Counted from the whole stretch's first letter, positions 43,020 through 55,021 are shown. The stretch is 62,586 nucleotides of DNA, filler included, from Malassezia furfur (GCA_052055015.1; 11 parts of 11 records of this genome joined end to end with filler, not necessarily neighbours in it), one strand, 5' to 3'. The notes: generated by a model from the sequence alone, not told the origin. A program made the numbers and translations.

Positions 43020-45104
43020 CTACGCATAGCGCGGGCGCACGAGCCCCTGCAGCATATCGAACGAATTTCCGTCCGGCTGCACATCCACGGCGCCGGCCAC
43101 ACCGCCCGCCGCCCACGCGGCGTCGTCCGCCGCACGCACGCTCGAGGACACCGGCACGGTACGCAGCAGCCCCGTGTCGCGCGCAATGCCCACCACCCGC
43201 ATGCGCGCGCCGTCCACATCCACCACCTGGTCGCTGTGCAGCCATGCGCTGCGGTACGCCTCGACAAACGGCGCAAAGTCGTACGACGCCGCAGCAAACG
43301 CACTCAGTGCACGCTCGAGCGCCGCGAGGATCGCGCCCGCACACGCCTCGAGCGCCGGCGCGACGCCGCCCGCCGCCGCCGCGACCTCGGCGAGGCACGT
43401 CGTCGGCCGGGCGTTGGTGACGTTGACGCCGCACCCGAGCACCATGTCGAACGCGTCCGTCCCCGCGTGCGCGCTCACCAGAATCCCGCTGAGCTTGCGG
43501 TAGTGCCGCGTCGCGCCGTCCACCTGCACCGCGACGCTGCCCGGCACGGCCGTCGGCACCTCGCCGTACACGTCGTTCGGCCACTTGATCTTGAGCCGCC
43601 CACGCAGCGCCGCGCCGCCTTCCACGCCCTCGGTCACGCCATACACGATCGCAAGCGCCGCGAGGTACTGCACAAACACGCTGTGCGCCGCGGCGCCCAG
43701 CGGCCAGGCCAGGCGCGTCGAAAACTGCAGGCACCCACTCGGCGACACCCACGCATTCGCGCCGCGCCCGCGCCCGGCCACCTGATGCGTCGCGACCCAC
43801 GTCGTGCCGGGCGGCGCGGCATGCAGCAGCACACGGTTCTTCTCGAGCATCGTCTGTGTGCTCGTGACCACCTGCCCGTAGCCCAGCACGTCGCCGACGC
43901 TCACCAGCACCGCGCCCGACGGCCACGGCAGCACGCCCGGCCGCCGGAACGCCACGCGCGCCGCAACGAGCGCACGAAAGTAGCGGGGGAAGACAAAGAA
44001 GGGCGCGACACGCGCCGCGCCCGCCTCGTCGTCGTCCACGAGCCGCGTCGCGGGGCCGACGAACGCAACGTACTTGGGCACGCGCGCCCAGTCGACCGCG
44101 CCCTCGGCCGTGTACGGCGCATAGTCCGCGTCCCAGCACGCCTCGTGCACCGCCGCGAGGCCCGCGGCCGCGTCGCGCGCCACGTCCAGCAGCGTGTAGG
44201 TGTCGTGTGCGTCGCGCACGACGCCGGCGATGCGCACGGACCCCTCGAGGCTGCCGAGCGCCTCGGCGACGCTCGCCAGCGCGGCGCTCGCCACGTCCTC
44301 CGTCGCGGCCGCACGCAGCGCCGCACGGAAGCCGTCGAGCATCGCGTCGCTCCGGCTCACTACATACACCGGCGCGAGGCGCACCGGGTCGGTAATGCTC
44401 GGCGGACCGACCTGCGTCGCGCGCGGTCGGACGACGTGCAGCTGTGCCTCGCTCGCGAGCCAGTGCGCAAGCGTCTCGAGCCGCGCGGCGTCGGTGCCGC
44501 TGCCCGGTGGCATGCCGATCGGGACGAGCGGGCGCATCACGTCGACGCCCAGCAGCACCGCGGCGCCCTCACCGACGCGGCAGGCGACACCGACGGCCGC
44601 GTCGGCGACCTGGGCGAGGCTCGCGGACGGCGCACCGTCCAGCACGCCGTACGCGTGCGTATCGTCGTTTTGCGTGCATGCGCACGCGAGCGTGACGTGC
44701 GTGTCGCCCGCCCGCACGTCGACGGCCTCGCGCGCGGCCGGCACACGGCGGTACGTGCCGCCGAAGAAGGGAAGCGGCGCGCTGGCCGAGGCCTCTTCGC
44801 CGTCGACTGCCGCACACACGCATGCGGCCGCGGCGCCGATCGCCACGATATGCCCGCCGCGCCGCACGTACGCGTCGATGCGCGGCGCGGCACGCGCGAG
44901 CGCCGCGCGGTACGCCGGCACCGACGCGCCGTCCGGCAGGACGAGCAGCTGCGTCACCGCATCCCACGGCTCGTCGGCGAGCGCCGCGCCCTGGATCATC
45001 TGCACATCGTAGCTCTGGCCACACACGCGCGTCAGCGACTCGACCGTGTGCGGCAGTGCGGCGAACGCGGCGCCCTCGCCGCTATACACCAGCACGGTCG
45101 CCAT
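43020..45104 (-). CDS. BPL1: Biotin-protein ligase (holocarboxylase synthetase)
   Basis: N-terminal 'VLVYSGEG' BPL_N domain; 'VTSTQTMLEKN', 'QVAGRGRGANAWVSPSGCLQFS', 'IKWPNDVY', 'KLSGILV', 'QPDGNSFDMLQGLV'. Confidence 0.93.
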   Translation of the reverse strand: MATVLVYSGEGAAFAALPHTVESLTRVCGQSYDVQMIQGAALADEPWDAVTQLLVLPDGASVPAYRAALARAAPRIDAYVRRGGHIVAIGAAAACVCAAVDGEEASASAPLPFFGGTYRRVPAAREAVDVRAGDTHVTLACACTQNDDTHAYGVLDGAPSASLAQVADAAVGVACRVGEGAAVLLGVDVMRPLVPIGMPPGSGTDAARLETLAHWLASEAQLHVVRPRATQVGPPSITDPVRLAPVYVVSRSDAMLDGFRAALRAAATEDVASAALASVAEALGSLEGSVRIAGVVRDAHDTYTLLDVARDAAAGLAAVHEACWDADYAPYTAEGAVDWARVPKYVAFVGPATRLVDDDEAGAARVAPFFVFPRYFRALVAARVAFRRPGVLPWPSGAVLVSVGDVLGYGQVVTSTQTMLEKNRVLLHAAPPGTTWVATHQVAGRGRGANAWVSPSGCLQFSTRLAWPLGAAAHSVFVQYLAALAIVYGVTEGVEGGAALRGRLKIKWPNDVYGEVPTAVPGSVAVQVDGATRHYRKLSGILVSAHAGTDAFDMVLGCGVNVTNARPTTCLAEVAAAAGGVAPALEACAGAILAALERALSAFAAASYDFAPFVEAYRSAWLHSDQVVDVDGARMRVVGIARDTGLLRTVPVSSSVRAADDAAWAAGGVAGAVDVQPDGNSFDMLQGLVRPRYA

Positions 45105-45114
45105 GCTATGCTGA

Positions 45115-45702
45115 CTAAGAACGAAGGCGGCGCACGAGCCGCCCAGCAGGCTGCAGCACGCGCCGCGCGAACCACGGCGCAAGCGCAAAACTCGCCGCGA
45201 GGCGCACGGGCACGAGCACCTTGACCACGACGTACGCGGCCGTCAGACTCGACAGCCACACGGCGACCGGCGACGTGGGGCCCTCGGTGGGGTACGCCAC
45301 GTACTCGCTGCACCGCGAGCACAGCCGCGTCGCGAAGCGCGTCCCACGCACGATCCACGCATGCAGCGTCTCGTGCACGTAGCCCTGCGCGTCGTCGGGC
45401 AGCACCGACGCCCGCACCGCATCGAGCGCACCGAGGATCGACTCGCCGGCGCCCAGCACCGTAAAGAGCGCCGCAAAGAAAAAGAGCGGCACGATCGCCG
45501 TGAGCTCGTGCAGCAGCGCAAACGCGAGCACCAGCGACGCGGGGCTCGCGCCGTGCTGCGCGGCCATCGCGCGCAGCTCGTCGCGGTACTGCGCAAACGA
45601 CTTGCGCCGTGCAGCCGAGGTGTGGAGGCACCAGCGCACTGGCCATGCCGGACGCGGCGAAGCCCCCGGGCGCCGCGCCGCGGTGTGCAGGCGCCGCACG
45701 CC
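45115..45702 (-). CDS. MRX11: FLILHELTA-domain mitochondrial protein (Mrx11-like), 5' truncated
   Basis: 'AFALLHELTAIVPL' and 'AAYVVVKVLVPVRLAASFALAPWFAR'. Confidence 0.8.
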   Translation of the reverse strand, partial: GVRRLHTAARRPGASPRPAWPVRWCLHTSAARRKSFAQYRDELRAMAAQHGASPASLVLAFALLHELTAIVPLFFFAALFTVLGAGESILGALDAVRASVLPDDAQGYVHETLHAWIVRGTRFATRLCSRCSEYVAYPTEGPTSPVAVWLSSLTAAYVVVKVLVPVRLAASFALAPWFARRVLQPAGRLVRRLRS

Positions 45703-45802
45703 NNNNNNNNNNNNNNNNNNNNNNNNNNNNNNNNNNNNNNNNNNNNTTAATTAATTAANNNNNNNNNNNNNNNNNNNNNNNNNNNNNNNNNNNNNNNNNN
45801 NN

Positions 45803-47223
45803 TTGGGGCCGTCCGTGGGGGACAGCGGGTCGTCCGGCGGGAGCACGAAACCGGTATTTGGCCCGGTCGGCACGGGCATGCTGGGCTCGTGCGCAGCACG
45901 CGGCGCGACAGGCGCCGGGGCCTTTTCAAAGGGGGCAAAGTACATGTCGGTGCCGGGGCCAGGCAGGTACCGTTTCATTTCGGGGGGCAGCGGGCTCGAC
46001 AGTCCGTGCGCGGCCTGCGCTCCCATCACCGGTGAAACTTTCATGGTTCGGTGGGCTTGATGATACGAAGCGTCGATCGGTTGCGCAATCGACGCGGGGA
46101 ACGAAGAATGGATGGGTGTCAGTGGCGACGCGAGGACGCCCCCCGTGTCGATGCGCTCGTGTGGCGACGACACGTTTGAGGGTAAAACGAGCAGATTCGA
46201 TGGCTTGGGTGTGGTGGCATTCGTGTTCGGCGTCTCGGGCCGCGTGGGGGAAGGGTCAGGGTCCAGGAAATTCACATTCATGGGGAGCGCAAACGAGGGA
46301 TTAAGCGGCATGGCCAGCGCCGAAAAGTGCGTCGGCGGCGGCGTGTCCACCCCGTGCACCGGCGGGCCCGCACTGTGGCGCGAGTGGGGCGCCTGCGGAC
46401 TCGGCGCGTGCTGTGGCAACGTGGGCGGCTGCAGCATGCGCTCCGGCGCGTCCTGCACCGCCACCTCGGGCGCAGTCATCGGTGTGCCCGATAGCCGCCG
46501 CGCACTGGGCTGCTGCACGTACGGTGCAGGGGCAAAGTCGTCGCGCCCGCTGCTCCATCTCCGCGCGTAGGCCGCGTCGGGGTGCAGGGGCGCCTCAGCA
46601 TTAGCAACGTTGACGGCGCGCGCCCGCCCGCCATCCCAGCTGTTGGCCATGCGCATCGCCACGTCCTTGGCGCCGACAAAGTTAGACGGCACCGACGGCG
46701 GCATTTCGACGCTCATGTCCTTCCGCTTGCCAAGCGGCGCCTGGGCGTACGCCTCGGACGCCTGCGCGGCGCGTGCGGCATGCGACGCTAGCGTGTAGGG
46801 CGGCGCATTCTCGTTGTCCGTCGCCGTATCACTCGAGCGTCGTCGGCGCTCGAGACGCGCGCGAAGGTCCGCGTGGAGATGAGGATGGGTGTGTTCATGG
46901 GCAATGCTGTTGCACGACGGCACATGCGGCTCGTCGTGCGGGTCACTCGCACCGTTGGGCGCTTCGCCCGCAAAGTGCTCTGGTCTACGCCGCTCGACGG
47001 CGCCCGAGTACTCGGTGTAGCGCATGAGGAAGTCGTCCATGTCGCCCGAGCAAAACTCGGCGAGCTTGCCATTCCGCCCAAACACGATCACCGCAATGTC
47101 GGAGTCGGTCAGCACAGAAAGCTCGTAGGCCTTTTTGAAGAGCCCATATTTGCGCTTGAGATATGTCGCCGAACGGTTGCGGTCGCCCTCGATGGGCTCA
47201 ATCTTAATCTTTTTGCGTCCCAT
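45803..47223 (-). CDS. RLM1: MEF2-type MADS-box transcription factor (Rlm1-like), 3' truncated
   Basis: 'MGRKKIKIEPIEGDRNRSATYLKRKYGLFKKAYELSVLTDSDIAVIVF' plus a MEF2 domain. Confidence 0.88.
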
Positions 47224-47356
47224 CCGCGATGGTGTGGGAGGCGGTTATGCAGCACGCACCGATTGGCCCTAGATCAAGCCCGTCTTACGCCGCTGACTCA
47301 GCCGGCGGTGTCGGCTGGTCCAAGCGCGTGGGAAAAAAAGGTTGAACGACGCGACG

Positions 47357-49444
47357 ATGGCGGCGGTGCAGGCCTCGGCCCCTCCTCCGCCAAGAATGTC
47401 GGAGACGTACGGCGAGAAGCAATCGTACGAAGAGGAAGCTGCAGATGCGATGGAGCCGACCGTGTTCCCCTCGTACGACACGGACGAGGAAGATATGTTT
47501 GACTGGCAGACCGATGAGCCCACCGGCGCCGCGCAGCCGAGGCGCCGTCAAAAGTTATTGCGCCGCATTGTGTCGACGATCGGCACCTGGCCGCGCTGGG
47601 TGCGCATGGTGCTGGCCGCGTTGCTCGGCGGTGGTGTGTGTTTGGTGCCGCTGATTGTCGTGGTGACCGCGTTTGAGTCGAATCCGTCGCGCGCCCAGGT
47701 CGAGGTGTGGAGCGTATGGATCACCATCATCTATGTGACGTCGGTAATGACCTTTTTGGTGTTTTCGTGGATCCCACCGGCGCTGCGCAAGCTCGCCGAG
47801 GTGCTGTTCAAGCGCCCGCCAGACTGGTACAACGAGTCCGTGCGCGTGATTGACGGTTCGATGCTCTACATCAAGCTGCTTTTTTGCATGGTGTGGGCAT
47901 GGGCGAGCTTTGGTGGGACGCTTGCGATCCAGTACACCAAGTACGAGCAGGACGGGCGCACCATCGACCCGCGCCCCGACTACTTTACCACGATCGACCA
48001 CATCGTCAAGTCGCTGTTTGCGTCGTCGGTAATTGTGCTTGCAGAAAAGGTGGTGCTGCAGCTCACCATCCTGCACTTCCACAAGGCCTCGCTACGCGAC
48101 CGCCTTGACCGCAGCCGCGAGGCGTTCAAGATCCTCTCGAGGCTGCAGAGCAGCCGCAAGAACTCGACCATGCCGAGCGCTAGCCAGCTGCGCTCGCGCG
48201 TCGCGCGCTTTGGCAACGATGCGCGCCGCACGTTCGCGACAAGCAGCGGCATGCGCACCGCCGACACCTCGGGCTCGGTCACGCCGACGCCCGCGGCGGA
48301 GAGCGCCGCGGCGGCGATGCGCTCGCGGAAGCAGACGTTTGCGACGCACCTGCAGACGGCGCTGGCGTCGGCGGCCAAAAAGGCGCAGCTGTCCGACATC
48401 AACATGCCTGAGTCGTCGCTCGCAGCGCGCCGCCTGGCCAAGGACCTCTTTTTGGCGATCTCCAAGAACGGGCGCACCATCTCGCCGGACGACTTTGTAC
48501 CGTTTTTCAAGACGGAGCGAGACGCGCACCACGCCTTTTCCATCTTTGACGAAGACCAGAGCGGAGAGATCAGCCGCGAGGAGATGCGTGGCACGCTGCA
48601 GCGCATCTTTGAGGAGCGCACCATGCTCAACAACAGCATCCAGGACATGCGTACCGCCTTCCGCAACCTCGACATGGTGTTGCTCTTCCTCGCGCTGATC
48701 ATCATCATCTTTATCTGGCTCATCATCTTTACCGGGAGCCAGGGCGTGGCAAACTTGCTCCCCCTGTCGACCATTATCGTGGGCTTCTCGTTCGTGTTTG
48801 GCAACTCGGCCAAGAACATCTTTGAGAGCATGATCTTCATCTTCTCCACGCATCCGTACGACGTCGGTGATCTGGTGTGCATCGGCGACACGTGGATGTT
48901 TGTCACGGCGTTTGGCATGATCTCGACCGAGTTTGTCACCGTGTTCAACCAGGTCATGATTGCGCCGAATGCCGAGCTCGCCACAAGCAAGCCCATCTTC
49001 AACGCGCGCCGCTCGGCGGCGCAGTGGGAGGTGCTCACGCTGCAGGTCGGCTTCGACACGCCGGTGAGCAAGATTGATCTGCTCCGCCAGCGCCTCACCG
49101 AGTACTGCGAGGCGAACGACAAGGTGTGGGGCGGCGGTCTCGAGCTGCTCTACGACGGCGTGCGCAACATGAACAGCATCGGGCTGATCATCGCCGTGCA
49201 GCACAAGAACAACTGGCAGGACTGGCTGGCCCGCTGGAACAACCGCACCGAGTTTATGCGCGTGCTCAAAAACATCACCACCGAGCTCGGCCTGACCTAC
49301 CAGCCGCCGCAGCAGCCCATCTCGTTCATGCCCATGGGGCCCGACACGCACCCCACCATCCGCTACGAAAACAATCTGCTGTCCACGATGCAGGTGCCGC
49401 CGGGCGCCGGCGTGCCTGCCTCGTCACTTGGGCAGCCCAACTAA
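47357..49444 (+). CDS. MscS-like mechanosensitive channel with EF-hand (Msy1/Msy2 type)
   Basis: Multiple TM segments, EF-hand 'FDEDQSGEISREE', MscS core 'FSFVFGNSAKNIFESMIFIFSTHPYDVGDLV', 'PIFNARRS'. Confidence 0.9.
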   Translation: MAAVQASAPPPPRMSETYGEKQSYEEEAADAMEPTVFPSYDTDEEDMFDWQTDEPTGAAQPRRRQKLLRRIVSTIGTWPRWVRMVLAALLGGGVCLVPLIVVVTAFESNPSRAQVEVWSVWITIIYVTSVMTFLVFSWIPPALRKLAEVLFKRPPDWYNESVRVIDGSMLYIKLLFCMVWAWASFGGTLAIQYTKYEQDGRTIDPRPDYFTTIDHIVKSLFASSVIVLAEKVVLQLTILHFHKASLRDRLDRSREAFKILSRLQSSRKNSTMPSASQLRSRVARFGNDARRTFATSSGMRTADTSGSVTPTPAAESAAAAMRSRKQTFATHLQTALASAAKKAQLSDINMPESSLAARRLAKDLFLAISKNGRTISPDDFVPFFKTERDAHHAFSIFDEDQSGEISREEMRGTLQRIFEERTMLNNSIQDMRTAFRNLDMVLLFLALIIIIFIWLIIFTGSQGVANLLPLSTIIVGFSFVFGNSAKNIFESMIFIFSTHPYDVGDLVCIGDTWMFVTAFGMISTEFVTVFNQVMIAPNAELATSKPIFNARRSAAQWEVLTLQVGFDTPVSKIDLLRQRLTEYCEANDKVWGGGLELLYDGVRNMNSIGLIIAVQHKNNWQDWLARWNNRTEFMRVLKNITTELGLTYQPPQQPISFMPMGPDTHPTIRYENNLLSTMQVPPGAGVPASSLGQPN

Positions 49445-49472
49445 TGCTAGGGTATATAGGCGACGATTCTCA

Positions 49473-50326
49473 CTACGCATCCGCCCCGCCGCGCGCTTGC
49501 GCGCGCGCCTTGCGCGCCGCGCGGTGTGCCTGCCGGCTCGCCTTTTTCGCGGCCTTTGCCTCGTTCAGCTGCACGGGCGCACTCGTGACGACATGCTTGA
49601 GGTGCGGTGCCGCAAGCGACCACGGCGCCTGCCCTCGGCACTGCTCGAGCCACGGCACACGGAAGCCGCGCGCATACGGCTCCGCGCCGAGCGCCGTGCG
49701 TGCGCGCGCCTCGAGCGCCGCGACGCCAGGCGCATGGTCGTCCAACAGCACCGCCGCCGCGCGGCGCACGTGAAAGGCGGTCGACAGCACCAGCTCGGCG
49801 CCGGCCGCGAGGGGAACGAGCAGCAGGGGGGTATCAGAGGAAGTGGGTGCACATGCCGCGTTGTAGCTGGCGGCGAGCAGCGGCAGATGCGCGAGCAGTG
49901 CGGGCGCGTCCACGTCGCCCTCGCACACGAGCAGGAAGCGCGGGCGGGCGCCTGGCTCGGCAGGCACGCCGCGCCGCGCCGCGTCGATGCGCGCTTCGAG
50001 GAGCCGCGTGACGACGTTTAAGCCGACGGTCGCGCCCGGCACGGCGTCCTGTGTATCTGGCACGCCGGCGAGCGCCTCGACGAGCGTATAAAGGAGCATG
50101 TCCGCGTCGGCCTTGGGCAGGCGGGGCCTGGGTCAGGGCGTGTTGCGTACCAGTGCACGGCAAACGGCGAAGTGAGCACCGGACGGAAGACGGCGCGGCG
50201 GGCGCGCACCGTCGGGGCCGCAGGATCGGTGGCGCGCGCCGCGATGCGTGCGTCCTTGCCAGCGGCCTTGGCGCGGTGCCGCTGCGTATGGGTGTGCGCG
50301 TGCGTCTGCGTCGGGGCGCGGCGCAT
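49473..50326 (-). CDS. POP3: RNase P/MRP subunit Pop3 (L7Ae fold); exons 50326-50151 and 50127-49473
   Basis: 'VFRPVLTSPFAVHWPRLP' after removing the 23-nt intron 50128-50150; 'TVGLNVVTRLLE', 'FLLVCEGDVDAPALLAHLPLL'. Confidence 0.75.
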
Positions 50327-50377
50327 TTGTGGTTGTGGAGGTGTGCCCCTTTCTTGCCGGGCACCGGCGACGTCGGC

Positions 50378-51340
50378 ATGTTTCTCCGCAAGTCGCGCTC
50401 GATCGAGGCACTGCATGCCAAGGCCCGCAAGGACGAAGATGCAGTGTCGGTGACGAGCAAGAAGAGCGCACGCAGCCTGCTGCCGAAGCGGTCGCTGCGC
50501 TTCCTGCGTGGGCGCCGCTCGGAGCACGAACCGATGCCGACGAGCAGTGCGGACACCTCGCTGGCGAGTGCCCCTGACCTCTCGCCCGTGCCCACAGGCG
50601 AGCGCCCCAACGCCGGGCTGGGCATTCTGCACCCCGGCGACACCTCGCTGCCGGGCGGCCCGGCCGCGCAGCCGCTCAACGACGCCGCCTTCTTTTCCGA
50701 GTCGCGCATTGCGGGGCTCGGCATGCGCCTCCCGCCGCAGCACCGCCTCGGCGGCACGCCCGAGCTGCCGCAGACGCCCAAGCAGGCCCAGGACACCCTT
50801 ATCGAGCAAGGAGGCCCGCAGTCCGTGTCGCCGGGCGTCGACCTGCACTCGCTGCGCTTCCAGTCGCCCAACGCCTATGCGGCCGGGCGCAGTGCGCTGG
50901 CGAACCCCTCGTCGCCCGCACGGCTGTACAAGCCGCCGCCGCAGACCGAGGCACCCACACCCACGGCGCCGACACCGACGCCGTCCGTGGGCCAGGGTGC
51001 AGCCGCCACACCCGCACCGGCACCCGCACCGGCACCCGCACCGGCACCCGCACCGGCGCCCGCACCGGCGACCACGTCGCCCGACGCAACGACGCAAGCA
51101 CAGCGGCAGTATGCCAATGCAATGCGCATGCAGATGCAGTCGGGCGTGCGCCACAGCGAGGCCTCCGACCAGTCGACGCACACCTGGATCGCCCAGGGCC
51201 GCACCTCGATGGAGACCGATCTGCAGCACACGGCGACGGTGCCCGCCGCCATGACGGCGCCCACCGCAACGACGGCGCCCGCACAGGCGACCACGTCGCC
51301 CGACGCAACGACGCAAGCACAGCGGCAGTATGCCAATGCA
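50378..51340 (+). CDS. Uncharacterised low-complexity protein with (PA)n tract and an internal duplication, 3' truncated
   Basis: Open frame from ATG 50378 to the gap; 55-nt exact repeat at 51067-51121 and 51286-51340. Confidence 0.6.
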
Positions 51341-51440
51341 NNNNNNNNNNNNNNNNNNNNNNNNNNNNNNNNNNNNNNNNNNNNTTAATTAATTAANNNN
51401 NNNNNNNNNNNNNNNNNNNNNNNNNNNNNNNNNNNNNNNN

Positions 51441-54400
51441 GAGTCGACGATGAGCTTGTTCATCTGCGGCACCTGCATCGGCGACTTCCACAGCTGCGTG
51501 CTCGGCGACGATGCGACCAACCCGGCGGGTGGCACCGCCGGCAGGCGGCGCTGCATCGCTGCCACCGCGCGCGGGTCCTCGCATGCGTCGGGCGGGAGGC
51601 CAAACAGCGCCTGCTCCATGCCCACGTCGTGCACCAGGCGCTCCTCGTGCTCGACAAACGGCCGGTAGTTGGCGTGCAGCCGGATGCGCGGCGCCACGGC
51701 CGCAGGGATCGCAGCGCGCAGCGTGCTGTCGCCGAGCCGCTCGTTCAAACAGTGCTCCGCGATGCACCCAAGCGGCACGAGGTCGGGCGTCGGCCGCTCC
51801 GTCGCGTACGGCACGTGCCGGCGCACGGCCCCCCGCGGCCGGTGCGCGCTGGCGGCAAGCTCGTCGTCGAACACGTAGCGCTCATCGGCGCGGCGCGCGC
51901 GGTCGTGTGCCGCGACGTGCAGGAGCTGCTGGAGTGCGTCGCCGTGGAACGCGCGCTCGGCGTCGACGGGCGTCATGTTGAGCAGCGGGAGGAAGGCAAA
52001 CGCATTGTCGCGCTCCTTGCTCGCCGCGACGAGGTGCGGCGTGCGCCAGATGTTGAGCAGCGAGTCGAGGTAGTGCGAGTCGAATCCGGCACGGTTCGAC
52101 GCGCTCGGGACACGCACAAGCCCCTCCTGCACGAGGCGCTGCGGGACATGCACGTCGAGCAACGAGCGCGACGAGTCGGGGCACCACGACATGTCGCCCT
52201 CGCGCAGGAACGACGGGGTGTTAGCGAATGTGCCGCACACGAACGGCGCGCGCACGTCGGCGCGCTCGAACAGCTCCGGGTGGTTGCACACCTTGCGGAA
52301 CTGCATGACCAGATTCATGAGGCTCTTCAGGCCCGACTCGTCGTTCGTGCTGGTCGCCTTGTCGACGAGCTCGGCGACGGACACGTGCGAGCGCAGGTTC
52401 TTGTACAAGAGCTTTTGGCGCGCGCTCATGTCGCAGTACAAGTCGATCTCGATCTTGTCGCCCAGCTCGTTCTGCACATTCTTCTTGATGCGGCGCAGCA
52501 TGAACGGCTTGAGGATCATGTGCAAGCGGCGCAGCTGGTGCTCGTTGAGCGTGCCCTTGTTCTCGGCGTGGTTCTCAATGTCCTTGGAGAACCACTCGCT
52601 GAACTCGTCGTGCGAGTCGAACAGGCTCGGCATGATAAAGTGGAGCAGCGCCCAGAGCTCCTGCATCGAGTTTTGCACGGGCGTGCCGGTGAGCAGCAGC
52701 CGGTTGCGGCAGTTGAACCCGAGCAGCGTCTTCCACCGGTTGCTCGACGACGACTTGATCGCCTGCGCCTCGTCCAGCACCATGTACTGCCACTTGAGCC
52801 GCTGGAAGTACTTCTCGTCCGACACCACCAGCTGGTAGCTCGTGACGAGCACGTGGAAGGGCGCATTGCGGTCGTACGAGATTTGCTTGCGGTTCCAAAA
52901 CTTGCGCAGCACGGCACGGTCCTTGACGTTGCCCCAGTACGGCAACGCCTTGAGCGCCGGCACGAACTTGGTGATCTCCTGCTGCCAGTTGTGCAGCGTC
53001 GAGGCGGGCGCAATCACCAAGAACGGGCCCCAGATGTCGTGCACCTCGGCAAGGTAGGCCATCAGCGCGATGCTCTGCACCGTCTTGCCGAGACCCATCT
53101 CGTCCGCGAGGATGCCGTTGATGCCCTGCTCGTACAGGTTCGCGAGCCAGCTCAGCCCCTTGATCTGGTACGGCTTCAGCGTACACGTGAGCATCTTGGG
53201 CTGCCGCACCTCGGTGACACCCATCGACGAGGGGTTGAGGAAGTTGAGGTCGTCCGAGTCGAACGTTTGCGTGGGGTCCTTGGCGCGCTGCGCCTCCTCC
53301 GCCTTGCGCCGCTCGTCGGCGACGGCCGCGTCGAAGGCCTGCGCCTTGTCGCGCGCCGCACGCACCGCCTCGTTCGCGTTGCGCGCCGCATGCGCCCGCA
53401 TGTTCGACTCGTCCTCGTCGTCAAAGTCGATCTCGTGGAGCGCCTCGTTCCCGTTCACCTCGGGCGCGTCGACCTGCATCGGCGCAGCGCTCGGCGCAGC
53501 GCTCGCCGTGTCCTCCGACTCCTCGGCCTCAGACGTCTTGAGCTTGTTGCCCACAAAGTGGCTGTACAGCTCCGTCTGCGTGATAAGGAAGTTGAGCTTG
53601 CGCGCCTGGCGCTTCGCCTCGCGCATCTCCTCCTCCTTCTTGGCCTTCTCGAGCGCCTCTTTCTCGGCCTTTTTGCGCAGATCGCGCTCCTCGCGCTCGT
53701 TGCGCTTCCAGTAGAGCAACAGCTCACGCATCACCTTGCGCGAGCGCAGCTGGATATCCTTGCTCGACTTGTTGTTGCGCGCCGCGCCGCGCTTCGCCTC
53801 GCGCTGCACCACACTCGACAGACGCCGCCAGTACATGGCTTTGTTGGTGTAGCTCGCCATCACCGTGCGGTACACCTTGGGGATGTCGCGCTTGGCGATC
53901 AGCGCCCAGACGCGCTGGTGCGCCTCGTTCAGCAGCGCCTCACGCCGCTCGCCGATAGGGATCGTGCCGCGCACCTCGCCCGTTTCGGGGTCGATCAGCT
54001 GCGGCGGCGGCTTCAGCTCCGTCTCCTCGTCGCTCGCAACCGACACGGAGCGGTTCGTGTCGCTTGCCGCACCGCCGATCTCGGCCTCGAGCGCGTCCAC
54101 GTCCGGCGCAGGCGACGACGCCTCGTGCCGGCGCGGGCGGTCCGCCAGCGTATCGAGCAGCTCGAGATCGATATCGTCCTCGTCGTCGCGCCGCGCGCCG
54201 CTGCTGCTCCGCTTCGGCGCACGCGACGGCGGGCGCTTCTGGCGCGCGTGGTATTGCGTCTCGTACGTGTGGCACAGGCGGCACATCGTCTGCCGCCGCT
54301 GCTCGGCACCCAGCGCATCCCAGGCGGCCTCAACACGCTTCTGGTGCGCCAGGCGCTCACTCATGTACGCGGCCAGCGGTGCGGGCCACACCTGCGCGTT

Positions 54401-55021
54401 CTCGTCGGCAGACAGGTCGCTGTCCCACACGGGCTCGTCGGCCAACGCGACGTCGGCACTCGGCGTGCGCGCCATGGTCGCGCTCGGCGGCATGCCCCGC
54501 GGCACGCCGTGCGCCACGCCGTTCGGCATACGCGGCAGCACACTGGCGGACGACAGCGGCGTACGCGGCGCGCGCGGCAGCGGCGGCGGCACGTAGGTAG
54601 GTGCATCCGTCGTGGTAAAGAGGGGCTCGTCGGCCGGCGAGGAGCGCTGGGCTGCCCACGCTTCGGCGGGTGACAGCATCGGGGCGTCGCGCGCCTCCGC
54701 GCCGGGACTCGCCGAGCTGTGCTGGTTGAGTATGCTCGAGATCGACATGGCAGGCTGCGACCGGTTGCGCCAGGCAGCGTGTTCAGCGTTGTAGTCGTCA
54801 CTCGAGGGCGCTTCGTGCACACGGGCCTCGGCGGCCGCCGGCGGGGGGTATGAGGTATCGTGCGCCGGATCGGCAGGCCGGGGCACCGCGGGTTTGGTAT
54901 ACGCCGCAGGGGGCATCGGTGTGGGCGTGGGAAGCGGCTCGCGGCTCGTATCGACGTCCATCGACTGGTCGTCGGGCCGCGGCGCATCGTGCGCGCCGCT
55001 CGTCGGCAGCGGTGTGGTCAT
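51441..55021 (-). CDS. INO80: Ino80 chromatin-remodelling ATPase (3' truncated)
   Basis: DBINO 'EAKRQARKLNFLITQTELYSHF', SNF2 'GILADEMGLGKT', 'LDEAQAIKSSSS', split-ATPase insertion after 'VCNHPELFER'. Confidence 0.96.

Noticed and set aside
50377..50380. Shared CATG as overlapping start codons of POP3 and the plus-strand ORF
   Set aside because: The minus-strand ATG at 50379 is out of frame with POP3; the in-frame start is at 50326.
51629..54673. Very long antisense and alternative-frame ORFs (e.g. 51629-54673, 36708-39599, 20263-22467)
   Set aside because: Shadow ORFs from extreme GC3 bias opposite or overlapping well-supported genes; Arg/Ala-rich with no motifs.
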